In this document: piece after piece, positions 9,311 through 18,864 of the stretch
Layout of the letters: each line of letters starts with the position of its first letter
Numbering within the stretch: the first letter of the stretch is position 1
IMG/VR virus record: IMGVR_UViG_3300045996_004413
Source of the DNA: an uncultured virus (IMG/VR IMGVR_UViG_3300045996_004413)
Taxonomy: Duplodnaviria > Heunggongvirae > Uroviricota > Caudoviricetes
Direction: 5' to 3' (one strand)
DNA length: 64,000 nt
Notes under the pieces: generated by a model
Seen by the model: the letters and a program-made list of their open reading frames with translations, nothing else
Database searches by the model: none
Told to the model about the DNA's origin: nothing
Translations under genes and position numbers: made by a program

Positions 9311-10339
9311 CTACTCCATGCGAATGGGTGCCTCGACCGTCTTGCCGAAGGTCGGGTGCACGAGGAAGAAGGATTGCTTGGGCGGCTCGTACGATGCCTT
9401 GATCTTGATGCTGTAGGCGTTGTAGCCGATCACCGAGCCGTTGATGACGAAGTTGTTGGCGCACTTGCGAACGTGCCAGTGGCCCAGCACGTCGACGTGG
9501 GCGTGCTCCAGCTTGTTCCACTGGGCAATCGCCTTGTTGAGTGGGATGTCGACGTCGCCCACGCCCCCGCCGTATCGGATTCCGTCGCCGTGGTGGAATC
9601 GGTAGGTCCAGCCATATATCTGCATGTAGTTGAAGTACCCGGTGCTCATCTGCCACTCGACGCGTGGATCGGCGGCGTACTGCCCGCGGAGCAGCTCAAA
9701 GAGCATCCACTCATAGGAGTTCTTGTAGGCGGTGCCTACCCGGGGCTTCTCGGTGGTGCGGCCGTGGTTGCCCCACTTGGTGGTGACGATGATCCGCTTG
9801 AAGCCACCCTCCTTGAGCAGGAATTCGATCCCCTCGGTCATCAGCTTGATGACTTCCACCACCGCCTGGGTGGGCGAGAGGCCGTTGTTTTCCTGCAACT
9901 CTTCGTGGATGTACCCGGTGATGTGGTCGCCCAGCATGGCCAGGACGAGGGTGTCGATTGTCCCCGCACTGCGGCACATGTTGACCAGGTTCATGAAGTT
10001 GGGCCAGATCGAGCGGACACGCTTGCGAGCGATCGCGAGGTTGTACTCGTTCTTGCCCTGGACGGTGTCAGGCTCCACGGTCTCCTCGAGGTGCCAGTCG
10101 GAGGTGACAAGGACGGCCACGGATTCGCCCCGCTTGTTGTCGGAGCGGATGGCGACGGGTTTCATGGCGTTGACGCCCCGGCGAATCCCCAGCGCGGCTT
10201 CCACGGCTTTGTTCTTCTGGGTGATCTCGTCGAGGGCGGCCTGGTACTTGTCCTGCAGCCCTTTGACCATCTCCGCCTGACGCTGTTTTTCCATGTCAGC
10301 GGAGATCTCGAGAAGCCGGTTCTTTTTGGACTGTGCCAC
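9311..10339 (-). CDS. calcineurin-like metallophosphoesterase
   Basis: SDWH, LGDH, GNHGR, HHGD and GHWH motifs. Confidence 0.9.
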   Translation of the reverse strand: MAQSKKNRLLEISADMEKQRQAEMVKGLQDKYQAALDEITQKNKAVEAALGIRRGVNAMKPVAIRSDNKRGESVAVLVTSDWHLEETVEPDTVQGKNEYNLAIARKRVRSIWPNFMNLVNMCRSAGTIDTLVLAMLGDHITGYIHEELQENNGLSPTQAVVEVIKLMTEGIEFLLKEGGFKRIIVTTKWGNHGRTTEKPRVGTAYKNSYEWMLFELLRGQYAADPRVEWQMSTGYFNYMQIYGWTYRFHHGDGIRYGGGVGDVDIPLNKAIAQWNKLEHAHVDVLGHWHVRKCANNFVINGSVIGYNAYSIKIKASYEPPKQSFFLVHPTFGKTVEAPIRME

Positions 10340-10963
10340 TTACTTACCTTTCGAAAGAGGGAGCCTTGGCCGCTCGTACGTGATGCCTGTGGCGGCCGTG
10401 GACGGACCGGTAACGAATTCCCAGATGCTGCCAACGCCCTCGTCCCGGGTACGCGGCGGGGTTGAATTGACTTCGTGGTTGTTGGCCCACCGGCCCCCTT
10501 GCTTGACGATCGCATCAGGGATGTGCCAGAGGTCGCCGTAGACGTAGTAGACGCCCGGGATGTCGAGCGTGTGCAGGCCTGGGTTACAGGCGGCAACGAC
10601 GATGGGACGGTGCATGGGAATGAGGTTGCGGAAGGTTCGCAGAACTTCGCCCATGTTCTGGGAAGTCCGCGGTGAGGTAGGGCCGGTGACCCAGGTCCCG
10701 GGTCGCAGTTCGCCGGTTCTCGGGTCTGGCCCGGGGAGTGAGCCGCCGTGGCAGTGGAACATGAACGGGTCTATAAACCGCTCGTTGGCTTCTTGCAGCC
10801 AGTAGAAGTTGCTGACGTTGTAGATGCCAAAATCGGCCCACTGCATGGTGGTGACCCGAGTTGCGTCAAGCGTTGCGCCTTCGTAGTGCACGGCCGCTGG
10901 CCCCATCGAGCAGCCGCCCAGCAGCGAGAGGATCCAAAGGAAAAGAGCTCGCAGAGCGATCAT
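10340..10963 (-). CDS. putative lipoprotein
   Basis: Hydrophobic N-terminus with lipobox-like LGGC. Confidence 0.6.
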   Translation of the reverse strand: MIALRALFLWILSLLGGCSMGPAAVHYEGATLDATRVTTMQWADFGIYNVSNFYWLQEANERFIDPFMFHCHGGSLPGPDPRTGELRPGTWVTGPTSPRTSQNMGEVLRTFRNLIPMHRPIVVAACNPGLHTLDIPGVYYVYGDLWHIPDAIVKQGGRWANNHEVNSTPPRTRDEGVGSIWEFVTGPSTAATGITYERPRLPLSKGK

Positions 10964-11157
10964 GCTGCGTCTCCACGAAGAGGTTCGGGTTCGTAATCGT
11001 CGTCGTCTTCGTCGGGCTCCCAGGGCCAGAGGGGCTTGGCGTTTTGCGGCGTGAGGGTAAGGGGCTCGAACACGACCGGCTCCGGAGTCGCAGGTTGCGC
11101 AGGGGGCGGCGAGATCTCCGGCACATGACGGCGTTTGGCCATAACGTCCTCAAGCAA
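10960..11157 (-). CDS. hypothetical Pro/acidic protein
   Basis: ATGA overlap with the downstream gene; start uncertain. Confidence 0.45.
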   Translation of the reverse strand: MLEDVMAKRRHVPEISPPPAQPATPEPVVFEPLTLTPQNAKPLWPWEPDEDDDDYEPEPLRGDAA

Positions 11158-11244
11158 GGGTCATAAACCCAATAGCCCAGTAGAGCTACATCAGTTGTAC
11201 CCTGTTTCGGCAGAGCTGTGTTAGGTTTTTAAGGAGAAATTTCG

Positions 11245-11682
11245 ATGACGGAAGGTTTTGACAGCATGAACCTGGCCGCAGCGGCAGGCCTCGCCCCGGG
11301 CACCGTGGGGTCGGCGATTGTTCGCCCAGATCGCAAGATCGAGGTGAATTTTAATGTCACCACGGCGGCGGATAAGACCATGCAGCTGGCGACGTTTGTG
11401 ATCGAGCAATCGGTTGACAAGCCGGAGGTAGATCGCCAAACTCCTCACCTGCTGGAACAAAAACCCGAGAGCAGTATCCCTGTCCCGACCCCCGTGGCCG
11501 GCGGGGAGGTCACCGCAGAAGAGGCACTGCGGGCGATCTACGTGAGACTGCGTGACGTGTTCGCCGGCGAAAAAGCGCCGACTGAAAATGAGACCACGCC
11601 CGCGCTGTACCAGTTGTTCACGAGCTTCAACCGGGAATGGAGACATTTGCGAGGCGGCGATGAGCAGGTTAAGTCTGGATGA
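11245..11682 (+). CDS. hypothetical protein
   Basis: AAGGAG RBS; 145 aa. Confidence 0.7.
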   Translation: MTEGFDSMNLAAAAGLAPGTVGSAIVRPDRKIEVNFNVTTAADKTMQLATFVIEQSVDKPEVDRQTPHLLEQKPESSIPVPTPVAGGEVTAEEALRAIYVRLRDVFAGEKAPTENETTPALYQLFTSFNREWRHLRGGDEQVKSG

Positions 11683-11917
11683 ACCGTATTATCGGTACTG
11701 GGTGGATTATGTAGGCGACGGGGATTGGGGGTTGATTGACCGGCAACATTCGCCGGCGCCGAAGGTGCAGGTCCGCTGCCGCTCGGCGTTTGAGCTGGAG
11801 CAGATCCTGTTAGCGGTACAAGACGGCCCGGGCGAACAGTTCATCCATAGGAGCGATGGCTTTTGCCTGGCCGTGGTGTTGGAAGCCCGGGTGCTGGTGC
11901 ATAACGGGAAAGCGTGA
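11660..11917 (+). CDS. hypothetical protein
   Basis: MSRLSLDEPYY...; GAGG RBS. Confidence 0.55.
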   Translation: MSRLSLDEPYYRYWVDYVGDGDWGLIDRQHSPAPKVQVRCRSAFELEQILLAVQDGPGEQFIHRSDGFCLAVVLEARVLVHNGKA

Positions 11918-11938
11918 TTTATTTCTTTGGAGCGACGC

Positions 11939-12205
11939 ATGGTTTTGGTTGAGGAATTGGAGCAGGTCGAGCTGGTTGAGACCCCTGGGAGCCTGTTGAC
12001 CAACTGTGGGAAAGTTGGGGACCACGAAGAAGACGAAGAGGACGAGGATGATCTCGAGGACGATGGCGACGAGTTCGACGATGACCTCGACGACGATGAT
12101 GATGATGACGACGAGGACGACGAGTTCGAGGAGGAGTTCGATGACGATGATGACGCCTACGACGACGATGACGACATCTTCTACGACTGCGATGACGAGG
12201 ACTGA
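11939..12205 (+). CDS. extremely acidic (Asp/Glu-rich) small protein
   Basis: GGAG RBS; C-terminal ~60 aa almost all D/E, spaced by F/L/Y. Confidence 0.65.
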   Translation: MVLVEELEQVELVETPGSLLTNCGKVGDHEEDEEDEDDLEDDGDEFDDDLDDDDDDDDEDDEFEEEFDDDDDAYDDDDDIFYDCDDED

Positions 12206-12208
12206 TTC

Positions 12209-12712
12209 TTGATCTGGGAAATACGATTCAGCGGCTTGTGCGAGCCCAACCCCGGCGGGGTCATGGCAGCGGCCTACACGCTGAAAGCCCAGGGGTTTCC
12301 GGATAAGAGCGAGGCCAAGGGGTGGACCAACCACAAGCACGCAAGCAGCCAGGTTGCGGCGTATTTCGCCGCGGGCCTGGGCGTGGCTGCGGCCGCGCAG
12401 CTTGCAGCCACGGTCGATACACGGCCCGTCAAGCTTGTGCTGATCGGGGAGGACCAGCAGATCATCCATCACCTGGCAGGCACGTGGCGTTGCCGGGACG
12501 AGTACTTGATTGCCCTGACCCACCGCATCAGGGAGCGGGTACGGGAGTTCCTGGATCTGTCTGGCGTCGGCGGCGGCTTGTTTACCGAGCTTGCCAAGAG
12601 CAATGAGAACGAGGACTGTCGGAAACTCGCATTCGAGGAGTTGACCCGGCTGGGCGGCAGAACAAGCCGCCTTGGGACCGGTATTTTTGAAGGTGTCTCG
12701 GACGATGAATGA
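12209..12712 (+). CDS. RNase HI-like protein, probably catalytically inactive
   Basis: IRFSGLCEPNPGG, AAYFAAGLG, IGEDQQII and NEDCRKLA align to RNase HI motifs but lack the acidic catalytic residues. Confidence 0.65.
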   Translation: MIWEIRFSGLCEPNPGGVMAAAYTLKAQGFPDKSEAKGWTNHKHASSQVAAYFAAGLGVAAAAQLAATVDTRPVKLVLIGEDQQIIHHLAGTWRCRDEYLIALTHRIRERVREFLDLSGVGGGLFTELAKSNENEDCRKLAFEELTRLGGRTSRLGTGIFEGVSDDE

Positions 12713-12807
12713 GGGCATGTCGGATCGCGAGGCGTGGCAGCATTACGGGGTGGAAGACCACTCCTACGACTTCACGCCCGCAAGGATTACTTTCGGAGCA
12801 CGATCAG

Positions 12808-14937
12808 ATGACGCAAACACTGGAAAACCCCGCGGAGATCTCGGAACTGGTTACCCAGCTGTCGCGGGCCAGGCAGGCGTATTACAACCGCCGTGGGACG
12901 GCGATGACGGATCACGAATACGACAAGCTGGAAGCGAAGCTCAAATCGCTGGCGCCGGATCACCCGTTTCTGAAGAAGGTGGGCGAGCCGGTCCTCGTGC
13001 GGACCAAGTCCAGGCACACGATCCACATGGGCAGCCAGAACAAGGCCAATGACGAGCGAGAGCTGCATGCCTGGTACCGCAAGTGCCAGGACAAGGCGGG
13101 CAGGCCGACGGTCAGCCTAATCGAGACCCCCAAGCTCGATGGGCTCTCCGGGGCGGCCTACTACGTCGACGGCGTCTTGCAGAAGTTCGTGACCCGCGGC
13201 GACGGCGAGGAGGGCGAGGATATCACCGCCAACGCCGTTCACTTCAAGGGCCTGCCCGCGACGCTCAAGGAGCCCAAGACCGGGGCGGTGCGCGGCGAAG
13301 TGGTGCTATTGGTCGAGGACTGGAAAGAGCTCGATCCTGACCAGGAGTCCAACCCGCGAAACCTCGCTGCAGGTATCGCCGGCCGCAAGGACGGAGAAGA
13401 CGCCGATCGCCTGACGTTTTTCGCCTTCGACTGCGACCTGGGCATGAATCACGTCTTCAAGGCAGGCCGGCTGGAACAGTTGCAGGATTTGGGCGTCAAC
13501 ACGGTGCCCTTCACCCTGTGCGCCAACTTCTCGGATGCCCTCCTGCACTGCGAGGCGTTCGCCAAGCGTCGGGTGACCCTGCCGTACTGGGCGGACGGCT
13601 TGATCTTCGAGACCAATGACCTGAACGCGCAGAAGGCCATGGGCATCGTCAGCGGTTGTCCCTGCGGCCAGATCGCCTGGAAGCCGGTGGACGAAGAGCA
13701 CGTCACCAAGATGATCAATTACGAGCTGTCGGTGAAACACACCGGCCGCATCAACCCCAAGGCGATTCTCCACCCGGTGCAGATCGAGGGCCGCGAGATC
13801 GAGGCCGCATTGCTGAACAACTGGGAGGAGATCGAGCGGTTGCGTGTCGGCGAAGGTGACGAAGTCAAGGTGATCACCGCCAACGGGATCATCCCCAAGG
13901 TTGTAGGTGTCTCTAAGAAACAGTGGGTTCCGGCGAGTTGGGCAAAGCCGGGGGATTACATCGAGGTGGAGTCTGATCGCACCCCCGGCACCACGATATG
14001 CGGCATCGTCACAGGCGTCGTACTGGGCGAAAAGCAGACGGCTGACATCACGCTCGACGGCATCCGCCCTGTCCGTCCGCAGTTTATCCACAAGCTGATC
14101 CCGATCCCCACCCAGTGCCCCAAGTGCAAGGGCAAGGTCGGGAAGCTCAAGAACGTCGACGACACGGACACCGCCAACATTTTCTGCCTGAACATCGACT
14201 GCCCGGCCAAGGCCGCCGGCAAGATCGAGCGGTGGGTCCGCAGCCTCGACATCAAGGAGATGGGGCCTAAGCTCCGCAAGGCCCTGACCGATGGCACCCC
14301 GCAGCTGGTCAACAACATTTCGGATCTGTACAAGCTCACTGCCGAGCAGTTAGCAGGCCTTTCCGTCGGCGCCGGCACCCTGGGCGAGAAGCGGGCGGCG
14401 AAAGTGATTGCAGAACTCGACAAAACCCGCGAACTGACGCTGGCGGAGTTCCTCGGCAGCATCGGGGTGTACTACCTGGGCAAGCGGCGAGTGACCCTGA
14501 TCCTCGAGGCGGGGATGTCCGACAACCTCTTCAACTGGTTCACCAAGGGTACGGGCGAGTCGTATCTGCGGGGCCGGGCAAAGAAGATGGGAATCGAAAA
14601 CGTGGCGGAACGCATCCAGGGGGAATTGGACGGTGCGTACAAAGAGGTTGAACGGTTACTCAAGCACATCAAGATCGTGAAGGATGAACCTGTGGCAAAG
14701 ACAGCGACCGGGGGCAAGCTCTCCGGCAAGACGTTCGCATTCACCGGCTTCCGGCCGGATGACGAGCTGCGCGGCCAGATCGAAGCGGCCGGCGGTACAA
14801 TCTCGGAAGATCTGACGAAATCCTGCACGCACCTTGTGCAGAAGAATCCCAGCAAGGTCTCGGGCAAGACCAAGAAGGCCACCGGCTGGGGCCAGGAAGT
14901 GATCAGCGAAGATAAGTTGCGGGAGATGCTGGCTTGA
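12808..14937 (+). CDS. ligA: NAD-dependent DNA ligase
   Basis: YY...MTDHEYD, KLDG, TRGDGEEGEDIT, RGEV, NPRNLAAG, CPKC...C..IDC Zn finger, HhH and BRCT (LSGKTFAFTG). Confidence 0.95.
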   Translation: MTQTLENPAEISELVTQLSRARQAYYNRRGTAMTDHEYDKLEAKLKSLAPDHPFLKKVGEPVLVRTKSRHTIHMGSQNKANDERELHAWYRKCQDKAGRPTVSLIETPKLDGLSGAAYYVDGVLQKFVTRGDGEEGEDITANAVHFKGLPATLKEPKTGAVRGEVVLLVEDWKELDPDQESNPRNLAAGIAGRKDGEDADRLTFFAFDCDLGMNHVFKAGRLEQLQDLGVNTVPFTLCANFSDALLHCEAFAKRRVTLPYWADGLIFETNDLNAQKAMGIVSGCPCGQIAWKPVDEEHVTKMINYELSVKHTGRINPKAILHPVQIEGREIEAALLNNWEEIERLRVGEGDEVKVITANGIIPKVVGVSKKQWVPASWAKPGDYIEVESDRTPGTTICGIVTGVVLGEKQTADITLDGIRPVRPQFIHKLIPIPTQCPKCKGKVGKLKNVDDTDTANIFCLNIDCPAKAAGKIERWVRSLDIKEMGPKLRKALTDGTPQLVNNISDLYKLTAEQLAGLSVGAGTLGEKRAAKVIAELDKTRELTLAEFLGSIGVYYLGKRRVTLILEAGMSDNLFNWFTKGTGESYLRGRAKKMGIENVAERIQGELDGAYKEVERLLKHIKIVKDEPVAKTATGGKLSGKTFAFTGFRPDDELRGQIEAAGGTISEDLTKSCTHLVQKNPSKVSGKTKKATGWGQEVISEDKLREMLA

Positions 14938-15740
14938 ACCCAGAGCTTGACCAGTGGATGACCCCCCGTTGGGCGGCCCAGGAGCTGCTCAGCGAGTTCT
15001 TCCCGGGGCTCGACGACGATGACTGCGTCGTCGAGCCCTCCTGTGGGGACGGAGCGTTCCTGCAGGCAGTGCCGGCGAACGTGCGGGCGATCGGCATTGA
15101 GATCGACCCCTTGCTTGCCGAGCGTGCCCGCGCAATGACCGGGCGAGAAGTAATCACGGGTGACTTTCGCACCGTGGGCATCAACGTGAAACCAACGGTG
15201 GTGTTGGGCAACACGCCCTTCAACATGCGGACCTTCGACGAGTTCCTCGACCGGGCGTCACGGCTTCTCCCGGACGATGGTCGCTGCGGCTTCCTGCTGC
15301 CAGCCTACGCCCTGCAGACGCCCTCGCGGGTGCTCAGGTGGAACCAAACCTGGGGCCTGCAGCAGACGATCGTGCCGCGGGTGCTCTTCCCCCGGCTCCG
15401 GCTGCCCCTGGTGTTTGTATTGTTCGACAAGAAGCGGCGGTACCGGCTGACAGGCTTCAGCCTCTATAAGGAGGCCGCGGAGATCCAGAAGACCGCGGGG
15501 TGGGCGCGGGCGGTGCTTACCGCGGGCGTGCCCAGGGTGCCTGTATGGCAGGGGCTCGTGGGGGCGGCGTTGGAACGGTTGGGCGGCAAGGCAACGCTGC
15601 AGGCCATTTACCGTGAGATAGAGCCGCACCGGCCAGAGACCAATCGGTTCTGGCAGGCCAAGGTGCGGCAGGTGCTCCAGGATTATCACGTGCGCGTGTC
15701 GCGAGGCGTTTGGGCGAAGGCTACGGCCCTTTGCGCTTGA
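14934..15740 (+). CDS. N6-adenine DNA methyltransferase with C-terminal HTH
   Basis: QWMTP, VEPSCGDGAF (motif I), GIEID, GNTPF (motif IV variant). Confidence 0.8.
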   Translation: MNPELDQWMTPRWAAQELLSEFFPGLDDDDCVVEPSCGDGAFLQAVPANVRAIGIEIDPLLAERARAMTGREVITGDFRTVGINVKPTVVLGNTPFNMRTFDEFLDRASRLLPDDGRCGFLLPAYALQTPSRVLRWNQTWGLQQTIVPRVLFPRLRLPLVFVLFDKKRRYRLTGFSLYKEAAEIQKTAGWARAVLTAGVPRVPVWQGLVGAALERLGGKATLQAIYREIEPHRPETNRFWQAKVRQVLQDYHVRVSRGVWAKATALCA

Positions 15741-16062
15741 CGGCGAGCTCGCCGTTCTTGTCTTCCAGGTCGATGGACGTCTGGGGGGCAGCGCCCGGCT
15801 CCAGCAATTCCAGAGCATCGCGCAGGGCCTTGACCTTGCGGGCGTACGCCCCGCCTCTGCCCTTGAGCGCCACGGCCGCGTCCTCCGGGGTGAGCTTGCC
15901 GGGGTTGGCAGCGATGACGTTGACCATGCCCAGGTAAATCGCCCGCAGTTGGGCAACGGCTTGCCGCTGGTATCGCTCGGCGGCGGCCTCCGTGCGTCGC
16001 AGGGCCAGGGCTCTAGCGGCCTTGGGATCGACTGGCCGGGGGTTGACAACTTCTTCCGACAT
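15721..16062 (-). CDS. hypothetical protein
   Basis: AGGAG RBS; last gene of the minus-strand structural block. Confidence 0.65.
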   Translation of the reverse strand: MSEEVVNPRPVDPKAARALALRRTEAAAERYQRQAVAQLRAIYLGMVNVIAANPGKLTPEDAAVALKGRGGAYARKVKALRDALELLEPGAAPQTSIDLEDKNGELAVKRKGP

Positions 16063-16074
16063 GACGTTCTCCTG

Positions 16075-18858
16075 TTAGTTGTTGATCTTGCGGGCCTTGA
16101 TGGTGCCGAACGCCGTCATGGTAGACACGCCGAAGGCGGCCTTGGCAATCAGGTAGATCGTCGTGGTGTCAGTCAGGGTGTAGCGAGTGGCGGGAGCCGG
16201 CAGATGCGTGTCGACGGTGTTGCCGCTGATGGCCAGCGGAAGACTGGCGTACGAGCCATCGGCACCCATGGTGTTGTTGCTACTGCTGGTACCCGCCTGC
16301 ATGTAGGTGGTTGTGGTGCCCGAGGCGGCCTTGAAAGCCACTACGCCCCAGACATCCCAGTCCCCGGCTGACAGGGAGACGCTGATGACGGTCTTGGCGG
16401 TGGCGGTGACCAGGGAAGTTGCGCTGCCGCTGGCCAGGGTTGCCGACTGGTACGGTTGCACCCCCAGTTGCTGGAACAGCGGCTGCGAGCCGCCCACGCC
16501 AAAACCCAGCGTGGGATCGTTGGGAGCGGTGGCTACCCACTGGGTGTTGCGGTGGCTGACCACGGTGCCCTCGGGTCCCACGGAGATCATCGCCCCCAGG
16601 AACTGCCCGTAGCCGTCGTACATGTTGTGGTGGCGTTCGAGGATGTAGGGCGACCCTTCATTAAAATTCACGCCGCCGGTCATCGTCAGGTTGCAGTTGC
16701 CCACCGGGCTGGAGCCGCCGCTGCCGTCGTAGTTGACGTAAAAGCCGCCGATCCCGTAGGTGTTGATGCTCTCGGTCACGATCTCGTTGGTGATATTGCT
16801 GATGTCGGTGTTGTCATCGCCGGAGGTGTTGAAGCGGTAGGTGAAGTTGCCGTCGGCCACCACCTGGCCTGCCGACAGGGAATTGTCGAAGGTGATTGAG
16901 ACGCCCTGGCCGTTGATTGACTCGCTGTTGGTCAGTAAGCCAAATCCGCCGTCGGTGATGGTCCAGCCGTTGTCGTACCCGCTGGCCTCCGCCCCTGCTG
17001 CTCCGTCCGCGCCGATATCCGTGACCTTGTACAGACCGTCAGAGACGGAGCCCTCGTTGAGGAACGCGACGTCTCCCACCTCCAGCAGTATGCCGTCCCA
17101 CATGATGCGGCTGTACAGGAAGAACCCGGAGCCGTTGTCATCGACGGTCCCGTAGATGTTCGTGTAGCCGTCGTAGTTCCAGCTGCCTCCGATGGTGCCG
17201 CTGGAGGTGTCGGCCCCGGTGGCGGGTCCCAGCATCACCCGGGCGAAGGGCTTGATCCGCACGTCTGGGCAAACCAGCTCCAGAGCGGTCAGCCGGCCGT
17301 TGCCGTTGGTCATAACCATTTGGCTGTCCGCCCACAATGACGGGACGATCAGCGCCGAGCCGTTGAACGCCAGCGCGCTGGTAAGGTTCAACCGCCCGTT
17401 GGTAGTGGTATAGGGAATACGCCCGCCGCTGACCATGGTGGTGTCCGCCAGCATGATTTCCTTGCGGGCGGCCCCGGTGGTGACCGTGAAGTAGATCTTA
17501 TCGGTCAAAAACTCGAACTGCCCCGCGGCTGCGGAAGTGGTGAGCGTCCCGGAGGTGAACTTGAGCGGGGCGGTGTTGGTGGCAGAGGTGCCCGCGGGCA
17601 GGTGCAGCCTTGCGGTGGGGGACGCACCCGCGATCCCCACATTCGCTAGACCGCCCAGGGTTGCCAGCGTCAACGCCGTCTGCGGGCTGTTGTCTGTTCT
17701 TACCCTGAAAGTCAGCGCGGCATAGTTGTGATTCTCGTATGTTGTGTCAATGAAACATGTACCGCTCCCGTTCACCTCGTAAATTTTCAAGCCGGCAGCG
17801 TTGCCACCCTGCGTGATGGCTATCATCGGGTTTCGCCCGTTGCCGGAGGCTTCGTTTACATGCAGTGTTCCTACGGGGGTTGCGGGAGTTGACCCTACCG
17901 TGGTAACGCCCCCGTTTGGCTGGATGTGCACATAGCTGGTGGTGTTGCTGGTGTTGCTGGTGCCCTGGATGACAAGGTCGCCATTGGCGGCGTTGCTGCC
18001 GTTGATGGTCGCGGCGACAACGGCGTCCGCTTGCAGCACCCCGGTGGCAGCCAGGTTGCCCGCAACGGTCGTCGTGCTGGGCACGAAGGTGACATCAGCG
18101 CCGTAGCAGTCGAGGCTGGTGGTGGCGGGCATCGCGTCAGTCGCAGCCGAGTAACGGCCCTCGTTGATCGTGATGCTGCCGGTGGTGGTACCGCTCAGGC
18201 CGCCCTTGTAAGGAAAATTTCCTGACCCGCTGCGGTAGCTCACGATGTACCAGCTCGTGGTCACAGCGACCGGCGTGATGGCGATGCGCTGCCACACGTT
18301 GCCGCCTACACCCGTGGCCGTGGCTGAGGCGATCTGGACTCCGGAGCTGTTCCACAGCCGCACCGTGTGGCTGGCTGTGTCCGTGGAGTAAAAGGCCAGG
18401 TGCGTGATGTAGCCGTCCTGGTTGACGGTGAACTTGACGCCGAGGCTGAAATCTCCGCCGACGATGAACGGCGACGTCAGCAAGGTCTCAAGGGGGGTTT
18501 CCGCCGTGCCGTTGGGAGCGATGATGTCGGGAGTGGTGATGCTGCCAAGGATCGTCAGGTCCCCGGTGTTGCTGACGCTGAACTGGCTAGTGCCGCTGAC
18601 CTGCAGGTCCATCAACAGCTGCTCGCCCGAGCCTACCTGGGTCTGGATGCGGTTGAGCAGGAAGTCGGTGTTGGCGGCTGTGCCCGTCGCCTGGTTGTAA
18701 GTGGGCTGCAGCGTGAATGCGCTGACGGTGCCGCTGGTGGCGGCATTGGTCGGTTCCACCACCAGGGTGCCCTTGGTGGAAATGTTGCCCGCGATGTCGA
18801 TTTCCCACGACAAGCCTGCAGTAGTACCCGGCCCGGAGATTGGAAGCGCAAATTCCAT
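16075..18858 (-). CDS. tail fibre / receptor-binding-like protein with DUF4082-like domain
   Basis: 927 aa rich in G/T/S/A; SLGVKFTVNQDGYITHLAFY...HTVRLWNSSG...WQ...CYGADVTF is DUF4082-like. Confidence 0.7.
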   Translation of the reverse strand: MEFALPISGPGTTAGLSWEIDIAGNISTKGTLVVEPTNAATSGTVSAFTLQPTYNQATGTAANTDFLLNRIQTQVGSGEQLLMDLQVSGTSQFSVSNTGDLTILGSITTPDIIAPNGTAETPLETLLTSPFIVGGDFSLGVKFTVNQDGYITHLAFYSTDTASHTVRLWNSSGVQIASATATGVGGNVWQRIAITPVAVTTSWYIVSYRSGSGNFPYKGGLSGTTTGSITINEGRYSAATDAMPATTSLDCYGADVTFVPSTTTVAGNLAATGVLQADAVVAATINGSNAANGDLVIQGTSNTSNTTSYVHIQPNGGVTTVGSTPATPVGTLHVNEASGNGRNPMIAITQGGNAAGLKIYEVNGSGTCFIDTTYENHNYAALTFRVRTDNSPQTALTLATLGGLANVGIAGASPTARLHLPAGTSATNTAPLKFTSGTLTTSAAAGQFEFLTDKIYFTVTTGAARKEIMLADTTMVSGGRIPYTTTNGRLNLTSALAFNGSALIVPSLWADSQMVMTNGNGRLTALELVCPDVRIKPFARVMLGPATGADTSSGTIGGSWNYDGYTNIYGTVDDNGSGFFLYSRIMWDGILLEVGDVAFLNEGSVSDGLYKVTDIGADGAAGAEASGYDNGWTITDGGFGLLTNSESINGQGVSITFDNSLSAGQVVADGNFTYRFNTSGDDNTDISNITNEIVTESINTYGIGGFYVNYDGSGGSSPVGNCNLTMTGGVNFNEGSPYILERHHNMYDGYGQFLGAMISVGPEGTVVSHRNTQWVATAPNDPTLGFGVGGSQPLFQQLGVQPYQSATLASGSATSLVTATAKTVISVSLSAGDWDVWGVVAFKAASGTTTTYMQAGTSSSNNTMGADGSYASLPLAISGNTVDTHLPAPATRYTLTDTTTIYLIAKAAFGVSTMTAFGTIKARKINN

Positions 18859-18864
18859 AACAGT

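Noticed and set aside
12025..12202. GAC/GAT/GAG-rich tract as a tandem repeat or CRISPR-like array
   Set aside because: No fixed repeat-spacer unit; explained by poly-Asp/Glu coding.
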